A stretch of 64,000 nt of DNA from Octopus sinensis (GCF_006345805.1 NC_043018.1:29698001-29762000); one strand, 5' to 3'. Shown: positions 39,577-53,860, counted from the first letter of the stretch. The notes: generated from the letters alone by a model not told the origin. Made by a program: numbers and translations.

Positions 39577-39967
39577 TATATACGTAGGTAAGTGGAGTTA
39601 GTAGTTGGAATAAGAATATCTGTTATTACCGATAAAAATTACCTATGTTAACCCTGGGCATGGATATGCAAGCATACTATGCTTATAGTTGCATTTCATC
39701 CGTCTTTACGTTTTGAGTCTAAATTCCACGATGGTTGATTTTCTTTTCATCCTTTCGGGGTTGATAAAATAGGTACCAGTTTAGCACTGGGGTCGATGTA
39801 ATAGACTTGGCTCATTCCTCGAAATTGCTAACCTTGTTCTAAAATTTTAAACCAATATTATCCACTCAGGCACACCTTGTCGGCGTTGAAGAAACCCCCA
39901 TTTTCAGTGCACTTAACAGTAAGTTGCCTTGGTAGCCCTACCTCTTCCAGGGCTCGCACACTCTCCC

Positions 39968-40105
39968 TCACAGCTAACTTGTAGTAACCTCTATATATCC
40001 ACAACTCACTTCACGTAACCTCCATATCTCACAACCAGATTGTAGTAATCTCTATATCTCCACAACTAACTTGAAGCAACCTCTATTATCTCCACAACCA
40101 ACCTG
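39968..40105. repeat. ~30-31 bp minisatellite, ~4.4 diverged units
   Basis: CACAACTAACTTGTAGTAACCTCTATATCTC-like units. Confidence 0.75.
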
Positions 40106-40650
40106 TTGGCCTTCTGCTAAATGACCACTACGACACCAAACATGTTGTAAGTTCTTTATTTCGATTCAGAATTGATCGCCATTTTTCCGAATATCAATTC
40201 TCAAACGTGAAAAGCTTCGTTGATCGAGAATCGAAACCAGATCTTCGATTTGCTTTTGCAGGAATCTAATTCTGATTGTGCAAATCTTATCACAGCGGGA
40301 ACTAATAATAATAGAGATTTGGTTTAAGGGGGAGAATAAAGAATAGTAGAAATATCTCAATATCTCGAAGATATCTGAACCAAGAGCTAAAATGGTTCAA
40401 TGAAATAAACATACAAACAATAAAAATGGTGGAAATGAAAAATAAACAAACGGAGAATAAAAAGAAAAAAAGAAACCAGCCAATAAATGGAACCGAATTA
40501 GATTATAAACTTGGTACATTCCAGCAGACGTTGTGTGTGAGGGTGCGTGTGTGTGAGAGTGAATATAAGACCTTCTGTGTGGGAGAAGGCAGTGTGTATG
40601 TATGCGTATATGTATGTGTCAGAGAGAGATAGAGAGAGAGACAGAGAGAC

Positions 40651-40695
<45 letters not shown>

Positions 40696-41114
40696 TGTGA
40701 ATCTGTGAGCGTATGTTTGTATCTATGTGTGTGAAAGAGAGAGACCGAGAGAGAGAGAGAAAGAGTGAGAGAAAGTATGTGGGTACGAGTATGTATGTGA
40801 GGGAGAGGGTGTGAGTGTGTGGGAATGTAGGTGAGAGAAAGCAAGAGATGAGAGAGAATAAGCATGTAAGAGCGAGAGAGAGAGAGTGTGTGTGTGTATG
40901 TGTGTGTATTTGTGTATGTGTGTGATTATATCTCCGGTGTAAACTTCAATGTTACGACTTAAAAATGTTTTTGTATATATTTCTTGGGGGAATCATTCAC
41001 ATTGAAAATTCCGGCTAATCATCGTAAATAATATAAAATAATGAAATAAATACGATTAAAATATACATATAAATATAAGTATATATATATATATATATAT
41101 ATAAATACATATAT

Positions 41115-41186
<72 letters not shown>

Positions 41187-41259
41187 TATATATATATAAG
41201 TCATGTTACAATGTGGTGTGAAATTTCTCATTATTAATATTATTACTGCTGAAGTTGTT

Positions 41260-41261
41260 GG

Positions 41262-41357
<96 letters not shown>

Positions 41358-41382
41358 GTTATTATTATTATTATCATTATTA
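41260..41382. repeat. (ATT)n microsatellite
   Basis: Direct reading. Confidence 0.95.
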
Positions 41383-41893
41383 CGCCAGCGGTATAAACAA
41401 AGTCTAGAAAAAGCAAGATTGTCCTTGTTTTTTTTTTGTTTTCCTTTTTGCTTTTCTTCTCCTGTTCGATTATGTTATCGCTAGATAAGGTAAAGAGCCT
41501 TGACACATAAATTGCCATTTATTTGTGAGTCAAAAAAAAAAAAAGAAAGAAAAGTTAAAGAAATATTGAATTACAGAGAGAAAGAAATCTTTGGAATTTC
41601 AAATTGTTTACAGAAATATATGGAATTCCTTGACTGAGAGGAAATTGTTTTGGAAATCTTGTTTCATTTTTTATGTTTCTTTCAGTTTCAGCTTTGCGGC
41701 CATGCTGGGGAATTGCCTTAAACGAGGATTTTTCTACGTCAAACAAATCGACCCCAGCTTCACGTTGTGTTTTTGTGGGTTTTTTTGCTATTTTGTTCTG
41801 TTTTGTTTATCATTCTTTTAAAGTCTGGTATTTTTCTATCGGTTACTTTTATCGAAATGTTAAGTAGCGAGGAACTTAAACCAAACAACAACG

Positions 41894-41954
<61 letters not shown>

Positions 41955-42319
41955 TTCCTTCTCTCTGTGCTTGTGTATCTGTGTGTGTCTGTGGGCCTGT
42001 GTGTATGAATGTAACCGACGGAATGCACAGTGTCCGTCTACGAAATTCACTCAACAAGCCAACGGTCTGCCCGGGGTTATATTTGATAATGCTTGCCTAG
42101 GCTTCTGCACAGTGGATGTGAATCCGAAAACCACGTGGTTGTAAATCGAGCAAATTAACAACTCAGTCACGCCTGCATCTATGTAAATATTCTTTTGCTG
42201 TATCTCTTCATGGGACCATGTAGGTACTTCCTAACTGGCTCTGGTAGTTTAAAACCTTATGGAGATATTATCTGTTATTGGCGAAGGCTGAAGGGTTATC
42301 ACGAACCCTCTTACGTCCT

Positions 42320-42493
42320 TCGTCAACAAACGTCTACAGTACATCCTCAAAATCAGGTGACCGAATAAAATTTCAGGGAGAACTCTGTGCGATAGAACGA
42401 ACGAGACTCCCAGCAATCAATAAATTCTAAAAAATTAATAGGGCTACATCAGGTACACCCTAAGAAGACTGTCAAGCATCATTGCAAACAGAT
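42320..42493 (+). mobile_element. RTE-clade LINE ORF2 C-terminal relic
   Basis: Degenerate translation KRLQYILKIR*PNKIS...DRTNETP...GYIRYTLRR resembles the RTE LRRIL.I.WPDKISN...GH.LR pattern. Confidence 0.5.
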
Positions 42494-42725
42494 TCTTATT
42501 TATTTATTGCCCACAAGGGGCTAAACATAGAGGGGACAAACAAGGACAGACAAGAATATTAAGTCGATTACATCGACCCCAGTGCAAACGTGGTACTTGA
42601 TTTATCGACCCCGAGAGGATGAAAGTCAAAGTCGTCCTCGGCGGTTTTTGAACTAAGAACGTAACGGCAGTCGAAATACGGCTACGCATTTCACCCGGCG
42701 TGCTAACGTTTCTGCCAGCTCACCG
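42494..42725 (-). mobile_element. tRNA-derived SINE with Tx1-like 3' tail, 14 bp TSD
   Basis: TSD CATTGCAAACAGAT at 42480-93 and 42726-39; tail TTGTCCCCTCTATGTTTAGCCCCTTGTGGGCAATAAA. Confidence 0.9.
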
Positions 42726-43694
42726 CATTGCAAACAGATCCTGTTAACCCAAGGCTAAAGGTAAAGTTACTTTCTCGCGTAAGGGCCGGTTTCCCGGTTT
42801 CGACGGCGTATGAGTTCCCCGCCTGGACAGGACGCTGGCCCTTCGAATGATTATTCATTTCTGACAGCTGAGTGAACTTGGGCAGCTGGAAATGAAATGG
42901 TTTGCTCAAGAACACAATGCGATGCTCGGTCTAAGAATCGAAACCACAATCTTACGATCATGATTCCAGCACCCTAATCACTAAGCCACGTCCTCCATTA
43001 ACCCGGGACTATAGTAAAAGACATTTGTCTAAGTTACCACGAAGTGGAACTGAACCTGGAACCATGAAATTGGAAAGTGCGCTTCCTAACCTCACAGTCG
43101 TGCATGCAGCATGGCATGATTTGATGGTGGTTTTTTTTCCATTTTCTCGCAGGCTGAGCGACCACAGAGAAAAACCCTGTAAACAGCGAGAACAAGTTAA
43201 TTTTAATCATATTGCAATTCTATGTATTATTAACATCATAACTCACCAAGTTTCCTTTCATTAAACCAGTGATTCTACACCGTTTGTTTTTACCTTTCAT
43301 TGCCATTTTATTCTGGTGGACACTCCCATAGCCATTCCAGGTTTTAAAACCACTTTTATAGATATGTCTTTCAAAATTCATATTTTGTACTTCACACTTT
43401 CAATTGCGTAGGTTTGAAATAGCACTCTCTTAAGAGAATATGGAAAAGTCTTAATCTACGCTGCTGGAAACATATTAAACTTTGTGAAACATTAAAGAAA
43501 GAAACCTAGCTGTTTCTTGCAATGACTCCATATTGTTTAGGATGGTGGGCTTCATACGCTGACTACTAAAGAGTAATGCGAGAGGTGTGAATTCTTACAT
43601 GCATTAATTTAAAATTTTCTTATCTATAAGTGAATTGTATTTTTACAGGTAAACCCATATCCGACTGTTTAAAAATATTTCAACTGGGATTTGT

Positions 43695-44797
43695 ATCGAC
43701 TTCTCTTAGAAATAGACATAATTTGTTATCGTGGTGTTATCAAGTAACTTCAGAAGAAAGAGTTTAGTCCCCAATAACATTCATGCAGACATAGTTACGT
43801 CATTAGGGGAGGGCACTCCAGCTTTATCAGCAGTGCAAAAATGGGCAGTTGAATTTAGAAGGGAGGCTCGTGAAGATTACTAAAAGTTTGGACGTCCTGC
43901 AACTGCCACCACCGATGAAAACACCGATGATCGTCTTTACGTGGTGATGGGTGACATGCGATTGAGTGTAAATCAAATAGTCCTTGCTATTAGCATATCC
44001 CGTGAGAGAGTTAAAAATATTCTAATATTCTGCACAATAAACTTAACATAACGAAGGTTTCTGCTCGGTGAGTGCCACGTCTTCTGAGACCTGATCAAAA
44101 GCGCTTTTGCCTGGTCACATCACAGGAAAATCTGACACTGTTTGATTTGAGTTAGATCCAGCTGGTTTCCTTGAACGTTTTCTAAACCAGAGTGAGTATT
44201 AGGTTCATCACTTTGATCCAAAGAAACAATCCACGTAGTGGAAACACCTCTCTTCACCTGCTTCAGTGAATGCCAAGTTCATTTCATCTGCTCAGCTTTG
44301 GGGACCGAAAAGGCATTGTGTTTATTGACCATCTTGAAAAGTGTCGCACCATTAATGGAGAGTAGTATGCCAAATTTCTGAAGCAGTCACAAGACCAAAC
44401 ACCTAGGAACACTAAGAAAAGGGGTCTTGTTTCATCAGGACAATGCTCTCGCATGCAAGTCCTTCGTTTCAATAGCTGCTGTGCATGACTGTCGCTTTGA
44501 ACTTGTTGATCAACCTCTCTTTACCTCATTTGGTCCCATCTGACTATCATCTGTTCCCCAATAGGATAAACAAAACCACTTGGCTGGGCCCAGCATCGTA
44601 GTAATGATGACATCATATCTGCTCTCGATGAACTTTTTTTCTAACAGGATGAAAGCTTCTATACCAATGGGGTCAAAGCATTGCAACACTGATGGGAAAA
44701 TGGATTTGAAGAGGGACCATGTTGAAAAATAAACTTCATTTGGTCCTATTCCATGAAAATATCTTGCTCATCTTATGAACATTTCAGCCGACTCTTG
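43695..44797 (+). mobile_element. Mariner relic (degenerate)
   Basis: IHADIV..LG, GRPATATT, KVSAR*VPRLL and HQDNA motifs; right TIR-like end ..TGAACATTTCAGCCGACTCTTG+TA; left boundary approximate. Confidence 0.85.
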
Positions 44798-45215
44798 TAT
44801 TCATAGACGGTTATAATACAACCGTGGATCCCTAATTAACTAATTTACTTACGTGGACCCCACCAAATATTATATGCCCCCCCCCCCCCAGGGAAACATG
44901 TGGACCCCGGTTGAGAACCACTGCATTAAGTCATCGAAAATTATGATTCGTAATCTGATAAACAATATTCTAGAAACGTGTGGGATTTGACAAATACGAG
45001 ATAAGTTGATGGCAAAGATGGTATTACCCCGTTTAAATCTTTGACTCTTAAATTCCATCAATAGAGCATCACTAGCAAAACCTTACGAGTCGCAAACATT
45101 ATTTCCACAAACCAAAATAACTTTAGATTACATCGACACAAATTATACAGGGTTGGGCAAATTCAAATTCTATAAATCTCCTAATATAATAGTAAGCGTA
45201 ATGTTTTTAAATATT

Positions 45216-45600
<385 letters not shown>

Positions 45601-45820
45601 GCATATATACATATAAATGTCCAGAATCACGGCGGACGCAGAGGAGAGAAAATAATTAAGTGAAGAAGTGAGGGTAATAGACCTGGATGACAGGGAGTGA
45701 AAGAAAGTAATAGCAATGAAAGAAAGGAAGGGGTGATAGATAAATTTGGAAGGAAGGAAGGAAAGAAGGAAGGGGTGAAAAATATCACCGTTTCAATTGT
45801 TTGTTCAAATGAACGTATGT

Positions 45821-45857
<37 letters not shown>

Positions 45858-45974
45858 ATTTTCAAGATACTGTTTTATTCAACATAATGCATAACGGTTT
45901 TTCAGTTTATAGTTTATATTTTCTTTACCTTCTAGCTGAAAGCATCTTGGATAATCTATTGCAAATATCGCTGG

Positions 45975-46005
<31 letters not shown>

Positions 46006-46274
46006 GGTTCTGGTTGTTACTGCTACTTTCCGTGTCTAAACTCCCGGATTATCTCCCTTGAGTTTCATTAGTTTAGAAACGATGGAAATTTTCTGAAAAG
46101 TTTGCATTTAAGAAATTTTATTTCCCTATTTATATGCATACATATATGTGACAATGCGTGAGAGCGTACGTGAATGTGTATTTGCGTATACACACACACA
46201 CACACTGAAGTGTGTATGTATGTATATATATGTATATATATATAAACATACACACACACACATATATATATATA

Positions 46275-46319
<45 letters not shown>

Positions 46320-46613
46320 GAGAGTGCGGGTGCGCGTACGTTCTATTGTCTTTAAGTTCTATTGTCAATAAAAATGAAGAAATGTGACGTGAGATATTTA
46401 CAAATTCCTATATTTCTGAAGGGAGTTTTAAAACCTCCGAAATAGAAATAAACGATGCGAACAAAAGAAAGGGGCATTTGAACAATTTATATTCTCTGCA
46501 TATACACACATTTGTGTGTGCGTGTGTGTGTGTGAGTATGAACGTATCTATATTTGTCTTTCCCTCTCTTTCACTCTATACCTCTATTTTCAATTTATGT
46601 ATATATGTATATA

Positions 46614-46679
<66 letters not shown>

Positions 46680-46812
46680 ATATATATTTATCAACAATCA
46701 AGGAACGGCCATGATAAGCCATTCACCTACTAGAAATAACAGCCAAAGCTTCAACCGCAAATAAAGATCAATTCCGTAAACAGGAGAAAATTTAAAAAAC
46801 ATTTACCCTGTA

Positions 46813-46918
46813 ATTTCTTGTACGATGCACCGTTTCATCTGCTGTTTAATGGTAAACTAACCTGATTAAATTAAATCAAGCCAATCTTCCATAGGCCCTC
46901 AGATTCTTCAGCAAGAAT
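46813..46918 (-). ncRNA. Type I hammerhead ribozyme, large loop II
   Basis: UUCUUG-CUGAAGA-AUCUG[58 nt]CAGAU-GAAAC GGUGCAUC GUA^CAAGAA; fully canonical core. Confidence 0.88.
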
Positions 46919-47302
46919 AGCCAAGTCGGAACAGATATTTTCACGAGGCATTTCAAACCCTGCCAAGGTAATATCTGACCTAAAATTTTCAAATCGTCGC
47001 ACTCGCGCCAAATTTATCGGCAGCAAATAAATATAAGCCGTTGATTCCATTACGGAATTAACCAGAAAATTCATAATTAATCAATATAGGGTGGCAGAAA
47101 AAATTTTGTAGAATTCTTTTTGCCACCAGCGGCCTAGTGGGAAAAAATTAAATAGTCATAGACCATTTTTAAGTTCAACATCAACAATCAAGGAACGGCC
47201 ATGATAGGCCATTCACCCACTAGAAATAACAGCCAAAGCTTCAACCGCAAATAAAGATCAATTCCGTAAACAGGAGAAAATTTAAAAAACATTTACCCTG
47301 TA

Positions 47303-47409
47303 ATTTCTTGTACGATGCACCGTTTCATCTGCTGTTTAATGGTAAACTAACCTGATTAAATTAAATCAAGCCAATCTTCCATAGGCCCTCAGATTCTTCA
47401 GCAAGAAAT
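47303..47409 (-). ncRNA. Type I hammerhead ribozyme (second copy, 8 bp stem I)
   Basis: AUUUCUUG-CUGAAGA-AUCUG[58 nt]CAGAU-GAAAC GGUGCAUC GUA^CAAGAAAU. Confidence 0.9.
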
Positions 47410-47928
47410 AGCCAAGTCGGAACAGATATTTTCACGAGGCATTTCAAACCCTGCCAAGGTAATATCTGACCTAAAATTTTCAAATCGTCGCACTCGCGCC
47501 AAATTTATCGGCAGCAAATAAATATAAGCCGTCGATTCCATTACGGAATTAACCAGAAAATTCATAATTAATCAATATAGGGTGGCAGAAAAAATTTTGT
47601 AGAATTCTTTTTGCCACCAGCGGCCTAGTGGGAAAAAATTAAATAGTCATAGACCATTTTTAAGTTCAACATCAACAATCAAGGAACGGCCATGATAGGC
47701 CATTCACCCACTAGAAATAACAGCCAAAGCTTCAACCGCAAATAAAGATCAATTCCGTAAACAGGAGAAAATTTAAAAAACATTTACCCTGTAAATATAT
47801 ATATATATATATTCTTGTTTCAGCTCAGAGCTGCGGCCATGCTGATGCACCGCCGTTTTGTGCTACACTGTTATTACGAAGAGCCTCGGTGAAGAATGAT
47901 ATATATAAATATATATAAATATATAATG

Positions 47929-47959
<31 letters not shown>

Positions 47960-47993
47960 GATATATGTGTGTATATATATATGTGTGTATATA

Positions 47994-48030
<37 letters not shown>

Positions 48031-48345
48031 TGATTTAAATAAAATAAATCAATTTATTTTACCTGTTCATAATACACCTCACTAGGATCCCGACCTTTCG
48101 GATATTCTGGTGTATACCAAATACCGTACGTCCTATACAATGTACACTTTATTATTAACCCTTATTCTATTAAAATACTCATAAATATTAAATTCCCTGT
48201 ATACATAACCCGAATATTTCACTGGATGTATTCCTGTAACCAGGATATTTATTCGTGTAAAGTTACTTTTTACAAGTTAATTCGACACAACTTGGTGCCT
48301 ATCTTTTAAATACCTGATTCGTTTGAATCATTAATATTGTATGTA

Positions 48346-49660
48346 TCTGGTTGAGTAAAAAGTAAGCAAACTTTTGAACCGTGAAGAATTTGTACTGGAT
48401 TTTTGCAATTTTGAATGCTTTTAAACACTCTTTTGAAATTGTTTGAACGGCCTATACGGTCCGAAACCTATCAAAGTTATCAATACAGACATAGACTTGT
48501 CAAAATGCATCAATAAATTAACATTGATACTTTACCCTTGTTACAATGATCTGAAATGGAACTGTCAAAGCGTGATATTCGAGCAATTTTGCTATACAAC
48601 TTCAAAACAGGACGTAAGGCAGTTGAAACTGTTTGCAGTATCAACGAAACGTTTTGTGACGAAATGACCCCTGTGTGGGCAGCTCGAAAATGGCTTAAAC
48701 TATTTCATAGTGGAGACCTGAGCTTTGAAGTTCGTGAGCGTAGTGGACGCTCATCTGTCATCGATGACGGTCAATTAAAGACCGCCATTGAGAAAGATCC
48801 ACGTAAAACCACTCAAGAACTGGTAAAAGAACTTCAGGTTAGCCAGAAAATTGCTTGACAACCATTTGCATGCGATCGGAAAATCAAAAACCTCGATAAA
48901 TGGGTACCACACGATTTGAAAGAAAATCAGAAAATGCGCAGATGTGAAATTTGCTGGACACTTCTTCTCCTTTACCAGACCAATGCATTTCTCCATCGTG
49001 ATGTAACTTGCGCTGAAAAGTGGATTCTGTACAATAATAAAAAAAGTTCTTCTCGGTGGTTGGACCAAAATGAAGCACTGAAAATTTCCCTAAACCCGAG
49101 CTCTTCACAAAGTAGGTTATAGAGAATGTTTAGTGGTGTACTCCCTGACTCATATGCACAATAACTTTTAAACCTGGAAAAACCATTACTGTAGCAAAAT
49201 ATTGCTATGAAATTGTCAAAATCAACGAAAGACTGCTACTCCTCCGTCCCAGACTGGTCAACAGAAGAGGGCCAATCCTATTTTCATGATAATGTTCAAC
49301 CACAGGTTTCACTAATGACGCTCCAGAAGTTGATGGAAGTTGGCTACGAGGTTCTTCCCCACCCAGCTTATTCACCAGACTTTTCTCCTACCGAATACCA
49401 CTTTTTGAAGCACTTTCATGGTTTCCTGCGATAGAAGGAGTTCAGAAATCAAACCGATGTAGAAAGTGCGTTCAAAGAGTTCATCAGCTCCAGAACTCCA
49501 GATTTTTATGCTATCGGAATAAATAAACGTGTAACACGTTGGCAAAAATTTGTCGCTGGTAATGGTACTTATTTTGATGAATATAATTTCTGCATTTGTT
49601 GAAATATATTGTGGTGAATTTCATGCTTCAAAACGTTGCTTACATTTACACACACACAGA
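48346..49660 (+). mobile_element. Mariner transposon, defective, ~1.3 kb, degenerate TIRs
   Basis: MELSKRDIRAILLYNFK, RSGRSS, WVPHDL, AEKWILY, HDNVQP and YSPDFSPTEYH motifs; TIRs TCTGG..GTAAGCAA..TTTTGAA at both ends with TA. Confidence 0.92.
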
Positions 49661-49883
49661 TATACATATATATATATGTTGTGGGTTAAAAGACTACCAA
49701 TGGTTTCATGTAGAGAGAAATCTAACGACAATGTTCAGGCTTGCCACATAGAACGTTGGTACACGTCTCCATCTTCGAGGGAACACAATGGCCGTCTTCT
49801 TAACTAGCAAATGAATATTTATCCACCAATGACATGTTGCGCACTAACGTTCACTGTTCGATATTAGTGAGAGAATATATATG

Positions 49884-50024
<141 letters not shown>

Positions 50025-50506
50025 CCGCCTATTTTTCGCACAGATTTTCAAAGCTTCATTATTAATTGTGTAGATATATAGATATGACGAAAATGGAGGG
50101 ACATATGTCAGAAAGTACGTTTTATTTTCTGTGTTTGTTGCAAAAACAAAAATCTAGAATTGACACAAAGCCAAACTAAACCCAATGGAAACAATTTTCG
50201 CATATGAAATGCTAAAGGAAAAATTGAATGTTCAAAGAATTCTAAAGATGAGTTATAGATAAATAAAAAGATAATAAAGTCTGGTTGATTAAACTTAAAG
50301 TTTGGTTGATTGATCTTAGTTTATGTGCAATATTAATCTGTACTGATAAGTATATGTATACGCATCTAAGTATATACAGATGTTGGTATGTACATATGTG
50401 TTTGTGTATGTGTGTGTATGTGTTTGTTTATGTATGGTATAAATATACCTTTATGTACACATATACAAGCATATCTTTATATATATATAACTTATATATA
50501 TATATC

Positions 50507-50549
<43 letters not shown>

Positions 50550-50558
50550 TATATATAT

Positions 50559-50601
<43 letters not shown>

Positions 50602-50800
50602 TCATATATGTGTGTGTGTGTATATATACTTTTATATTATGCTTACAGGTCTATATATACATACACGTATGTGCATATGTGCATTTGTATATATGCATTT
50701 GCGCATATGTACATATACATATATGTGTGTGTGTGTGTGTGTGTGTGTATACTTATTCGGTTGTATACATGCGTACGTGTGTTAATAAATCTTCGTACTC

Positions 50801-51190
50801 TATGCACAAGCCCTGAAAATTCCTGGGGAGCGGATGGATCGATTGCATCTTCCCCGGCGCTCGTCTCTTATTTATATTATCGACCCCAAAAGGATAATAG
50901 GCAAAGTAGACGCCGGTGAAAATTGAACTCTAAACATATATACGGATGGACGAAACACCGCTCAACATTTTACACGGTGTGATAACGATTCTGCCCTATG
51001 TACAAGCCCTGAAAATTCCCGGGGAGCGAACGAGTCGATTACATCGTCCCTGGCGCTCGTCTGTTATTTACATTATCGACTCCAATTGGATAATAGGCAA
51101 AGCAGACCCCGTTGAAATTTGAACTCGAAACGTATATACGGATGGACGAAACACCGCTCAACATTTTTGCCGCTGTTCGAACGATTCTGC
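50801..51190 (-). mobile_element. Two tandem diverged SINE copies (196 bp period)
   Basis: Units start at 50801 and 50997; ATCGACCCCAAAAGGAT central domain as in the 42494 family. Confidence 0.75.
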
Positions 51191-51648
51191 CAGAACGTCG
51201 CCTTTACATGCGGCAATAACTATATCTACAATGATGCTATTTTTGCAGAACAATCCCTCAACTTCCACACGCCAACAATCTATAAAACTTATAAACTTTC
51301 AGATATTGGTGAAAATCTAAGACAATTACAATTACAGGTATCACGCAAACACCATTTCCTTGTTCATGTTAAATGAAATGATACAGTTCTAACAACTACA
51401 CGAAACTGGCTAGATTATATTACACACGCAACCACAAACACACACACACACACACACACACACAAGAGCAAGTAGGCATACAAATACCGTTCTTCATATA
51501 ATGTCTCTGTATGTGTGAGTGTGGCTTTTGTTTGTGACGTTATAATTTTAATAGGTTTATAGTTGCATTTTGAAACATAACTATAAATTTATTAGATAAT
51601 CTAGATTTAGGGAAACATATTGAAGGTAGTTATATAGTTCGGTACTTG

Positions 51649-51880
51649 AGGTGGCGAGTTGGCAGAACCGTTAGCACGCCGGGCGAAATACTTTGCAGTA
51701 TTTCGTCTGCCGTTACGTTGTCAGTTCAAATTCCGCCGAGATCGACTTTGCCTTTCATCCTTTCGGGGTCGATAAATTAAGTACTAGTTAAGCACTGGGG
51801 TCGATTTAATCGACTTAATCCCTTTATCTGTCCTTGTTTGTCCCCTCTGTGTTTAGCCCCTTGTGGGTAGCAAAGAAATA
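51649..51880 (+). mobile_element. tRNA-derived SINE with Tx1-like 3' tail, 18 bp TSD
   Basis: TSD TATATAGTTCGGTACTTG at 51631-48 and 51881-98; A-box-like TGGCAGAACCG, B-box-like GTTCAAATTCC; central GCCTTTCATCCTTTCGGGGTCGATAAA. Confidence 0.92.
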
Positions 51881-52296
51881 TATATAGTTCGGTACTTGGG
51901 GCAGGCGCATGGTTTTATGATTAGGTTCTCGATCGTAAGGTCGTGAGTTCGATAACCAGCAGCACGTCTTGTCCTCGAGCGAGACACTTTATTTCACGTT
52001 GCTCCCCTCCACCCTGCTGGGGAACATCTGTAGTACCAGTAATGCAGAACACAAGACGCGTCACATTTTTTTGTCAGACTGAATTTCCTTGAGATCTACG
52101 TTAAGGGTATTGATATTGCTTCTGTCACTAATATATCATCTACTGAGTTATCCACCCTTTGATATGTTTTGTTTTTCATCTTGCAAGTAGCTCATCAAAT
52201 ATTTTACCGGGCATGGGAGGATGGTCAGTTCGGTCACCGACTATCTGACAGGTTGCAATGGGTCACATGTTACCAATAGCACGAAGACTTGCTAGC

Positions 52297-52354
<58 letters not shown>

Positions 52355-52370
52355 GGAGAAAGAGAGAGAA

Positions 52371-52411
<41 letters not shown>

Positions 52412-52599
52412 GGCAGGCAGGCAGGCAGACAGGCAGATAGGTAGGTAGGTAGGTAGGTAGGTAGGTAGGTAGGTATGTAGGTAGGTAGGTAGGGAAGTAT
52501 CTGGTCATTAAGAATGAAATGTCGATTTTGAACTGAAGGTTTTTATTTTATTTTATCTCTACAGAAAGCAATGCAGTTAATCAAAGTATGCGACTAAAT

Positions 52600-53660
52600 T
52601 ATAAACACAATTTTGCCATATTTTCGCTAGTTTATTTATGCTATCAGCGAAGAATTCTGGAGATCAAGAGGTGGTGAGATCACTAAAGGCTGTTTTTTGC
52701 ATCTTCTTCAGTTTTGAATTCTTTTTCCATACAAAAAGTTGTCTAATGCCTGGAAGATGTGAAAGTGAGTTGGTGCAAGGTCTGTTGAATATGGTTCGTG
52801 AAAATTGAGCAGCGTTCTTTGTGCAACATGTGGTCAAGCATTGTCTTGCAAAAGAATTGGCCTCTCTCAGTTGACCAATCTTGGTTGTTTAATTGCAAGT
52901 GCACTCGTTATTTCTTCCAATTGGTTGATGTATACATCCACTGTAATTGACTAAACCAGGTCTCATGCAGCTGTTGTGGAAGACACAAGCACTGGACACC
53001 ATTAGCGTTTTTTTTTTTCGGTGAACATTCACTTTTGAATTGTGTTTTGCACTTCATAATTCTATCAACCACCGTGCAGAGCGCTTATTCTTGTTGAAAA
53101 GAATCCAACACACTTAACAATGCAATGCAAAAATGGTTCGCTTTTATGACGTGACAACAGAGAACAGCAAGATACAAAAACGATGTGTGTCATTTGATGC
53201 TGGTTCAATACCTGTGGTATCAACTTGTGCAGCCTCTTTACCTTGCCGATCTGTTTCAGATGGTCCAATACAGTTGGAATAGAAACATCAAATCTTGCTT
53301 CTAACTCACGCGTAGTTTGAGAATATATCCGCTTCCTCTAAGATTCCAGCTCGTCATTATCCACTTTGGTCTTATGGTCTACCAAGGGGCTGATTTTCAA
53401 GAGTAAAGTCACCAGACTGGAACTTCTCAAACCATCGACGTGCAGTGTGCTCATTTGCCACAACTCCACCTCATTGATGTTTCGAGCTGTCTCGGATGCA
53501 TTGGTCCCACGATGGAACTCATACTCATAAAAAACACGAATTTTTTTTATCTATCCATGGGTTCACAAAAATTGATTTACAAGAGAAAACTCACAATATA
53601 ATCAGACACCATGGACTGAATTTCGAAACGTGATGAAGTAACTCTTCATTGTTGTAAAAC
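52600..53660 (-). mobile_element. Mariner relic
   Basis: YEYEFHRGTNASETARNINE, RRWFEKFQSGDF and HLKQIGKVK motifs; boundaries approximate. Confidence 0.82.
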
Positions 53661-53817
53661 AACAATTATCGGGATAAAACATTAAAGTTACTGACTGTCA
53701 AACTTGGTGCTTAAGAAAACCGAACATTTCATTCTTAATGACCTGATAGGAAGTCAGGTAGATATAGATAGATAGAGAGAGAGCGAGAGAGAAAGAGAGA
53801 GAGAGAGAGAGAGATAA

Positions 53818-53860
<43 letters not shown>

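Larger units (their letters stand above)
46690..47794 (-). mobile_element. Retrozyme-like tandem array (490/491 bp unit, 2.25 copies) with two intact HHRs
   Basis: Units start at 46690, 47180 and 47671, ~99% identical; HHRs at 46813-46918 and 47303-47409; (TA)n on both flanks; no recognisable protein. Confidence 0.88.

Noticed and set aside
40262-40327. Strong acceptor TTGCTTTTGCAG followed by a short frame (ESNSDCANLITAG..)
   Set aside because: Isolated, with no donor partner or homology.
46871-47074. 67 aa ORF in the 490 bp unit
   Set aside because: No RT or GIY-YIG motifs; overlaps the ribozyme; short enough to be chance.
46690-47794. CRISPR or rDNA interpretation of the tandem arrays
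   Set aside because: No repeat-spacer alternation and no rRNA/tRNA gene sequence; eukaryotic context.
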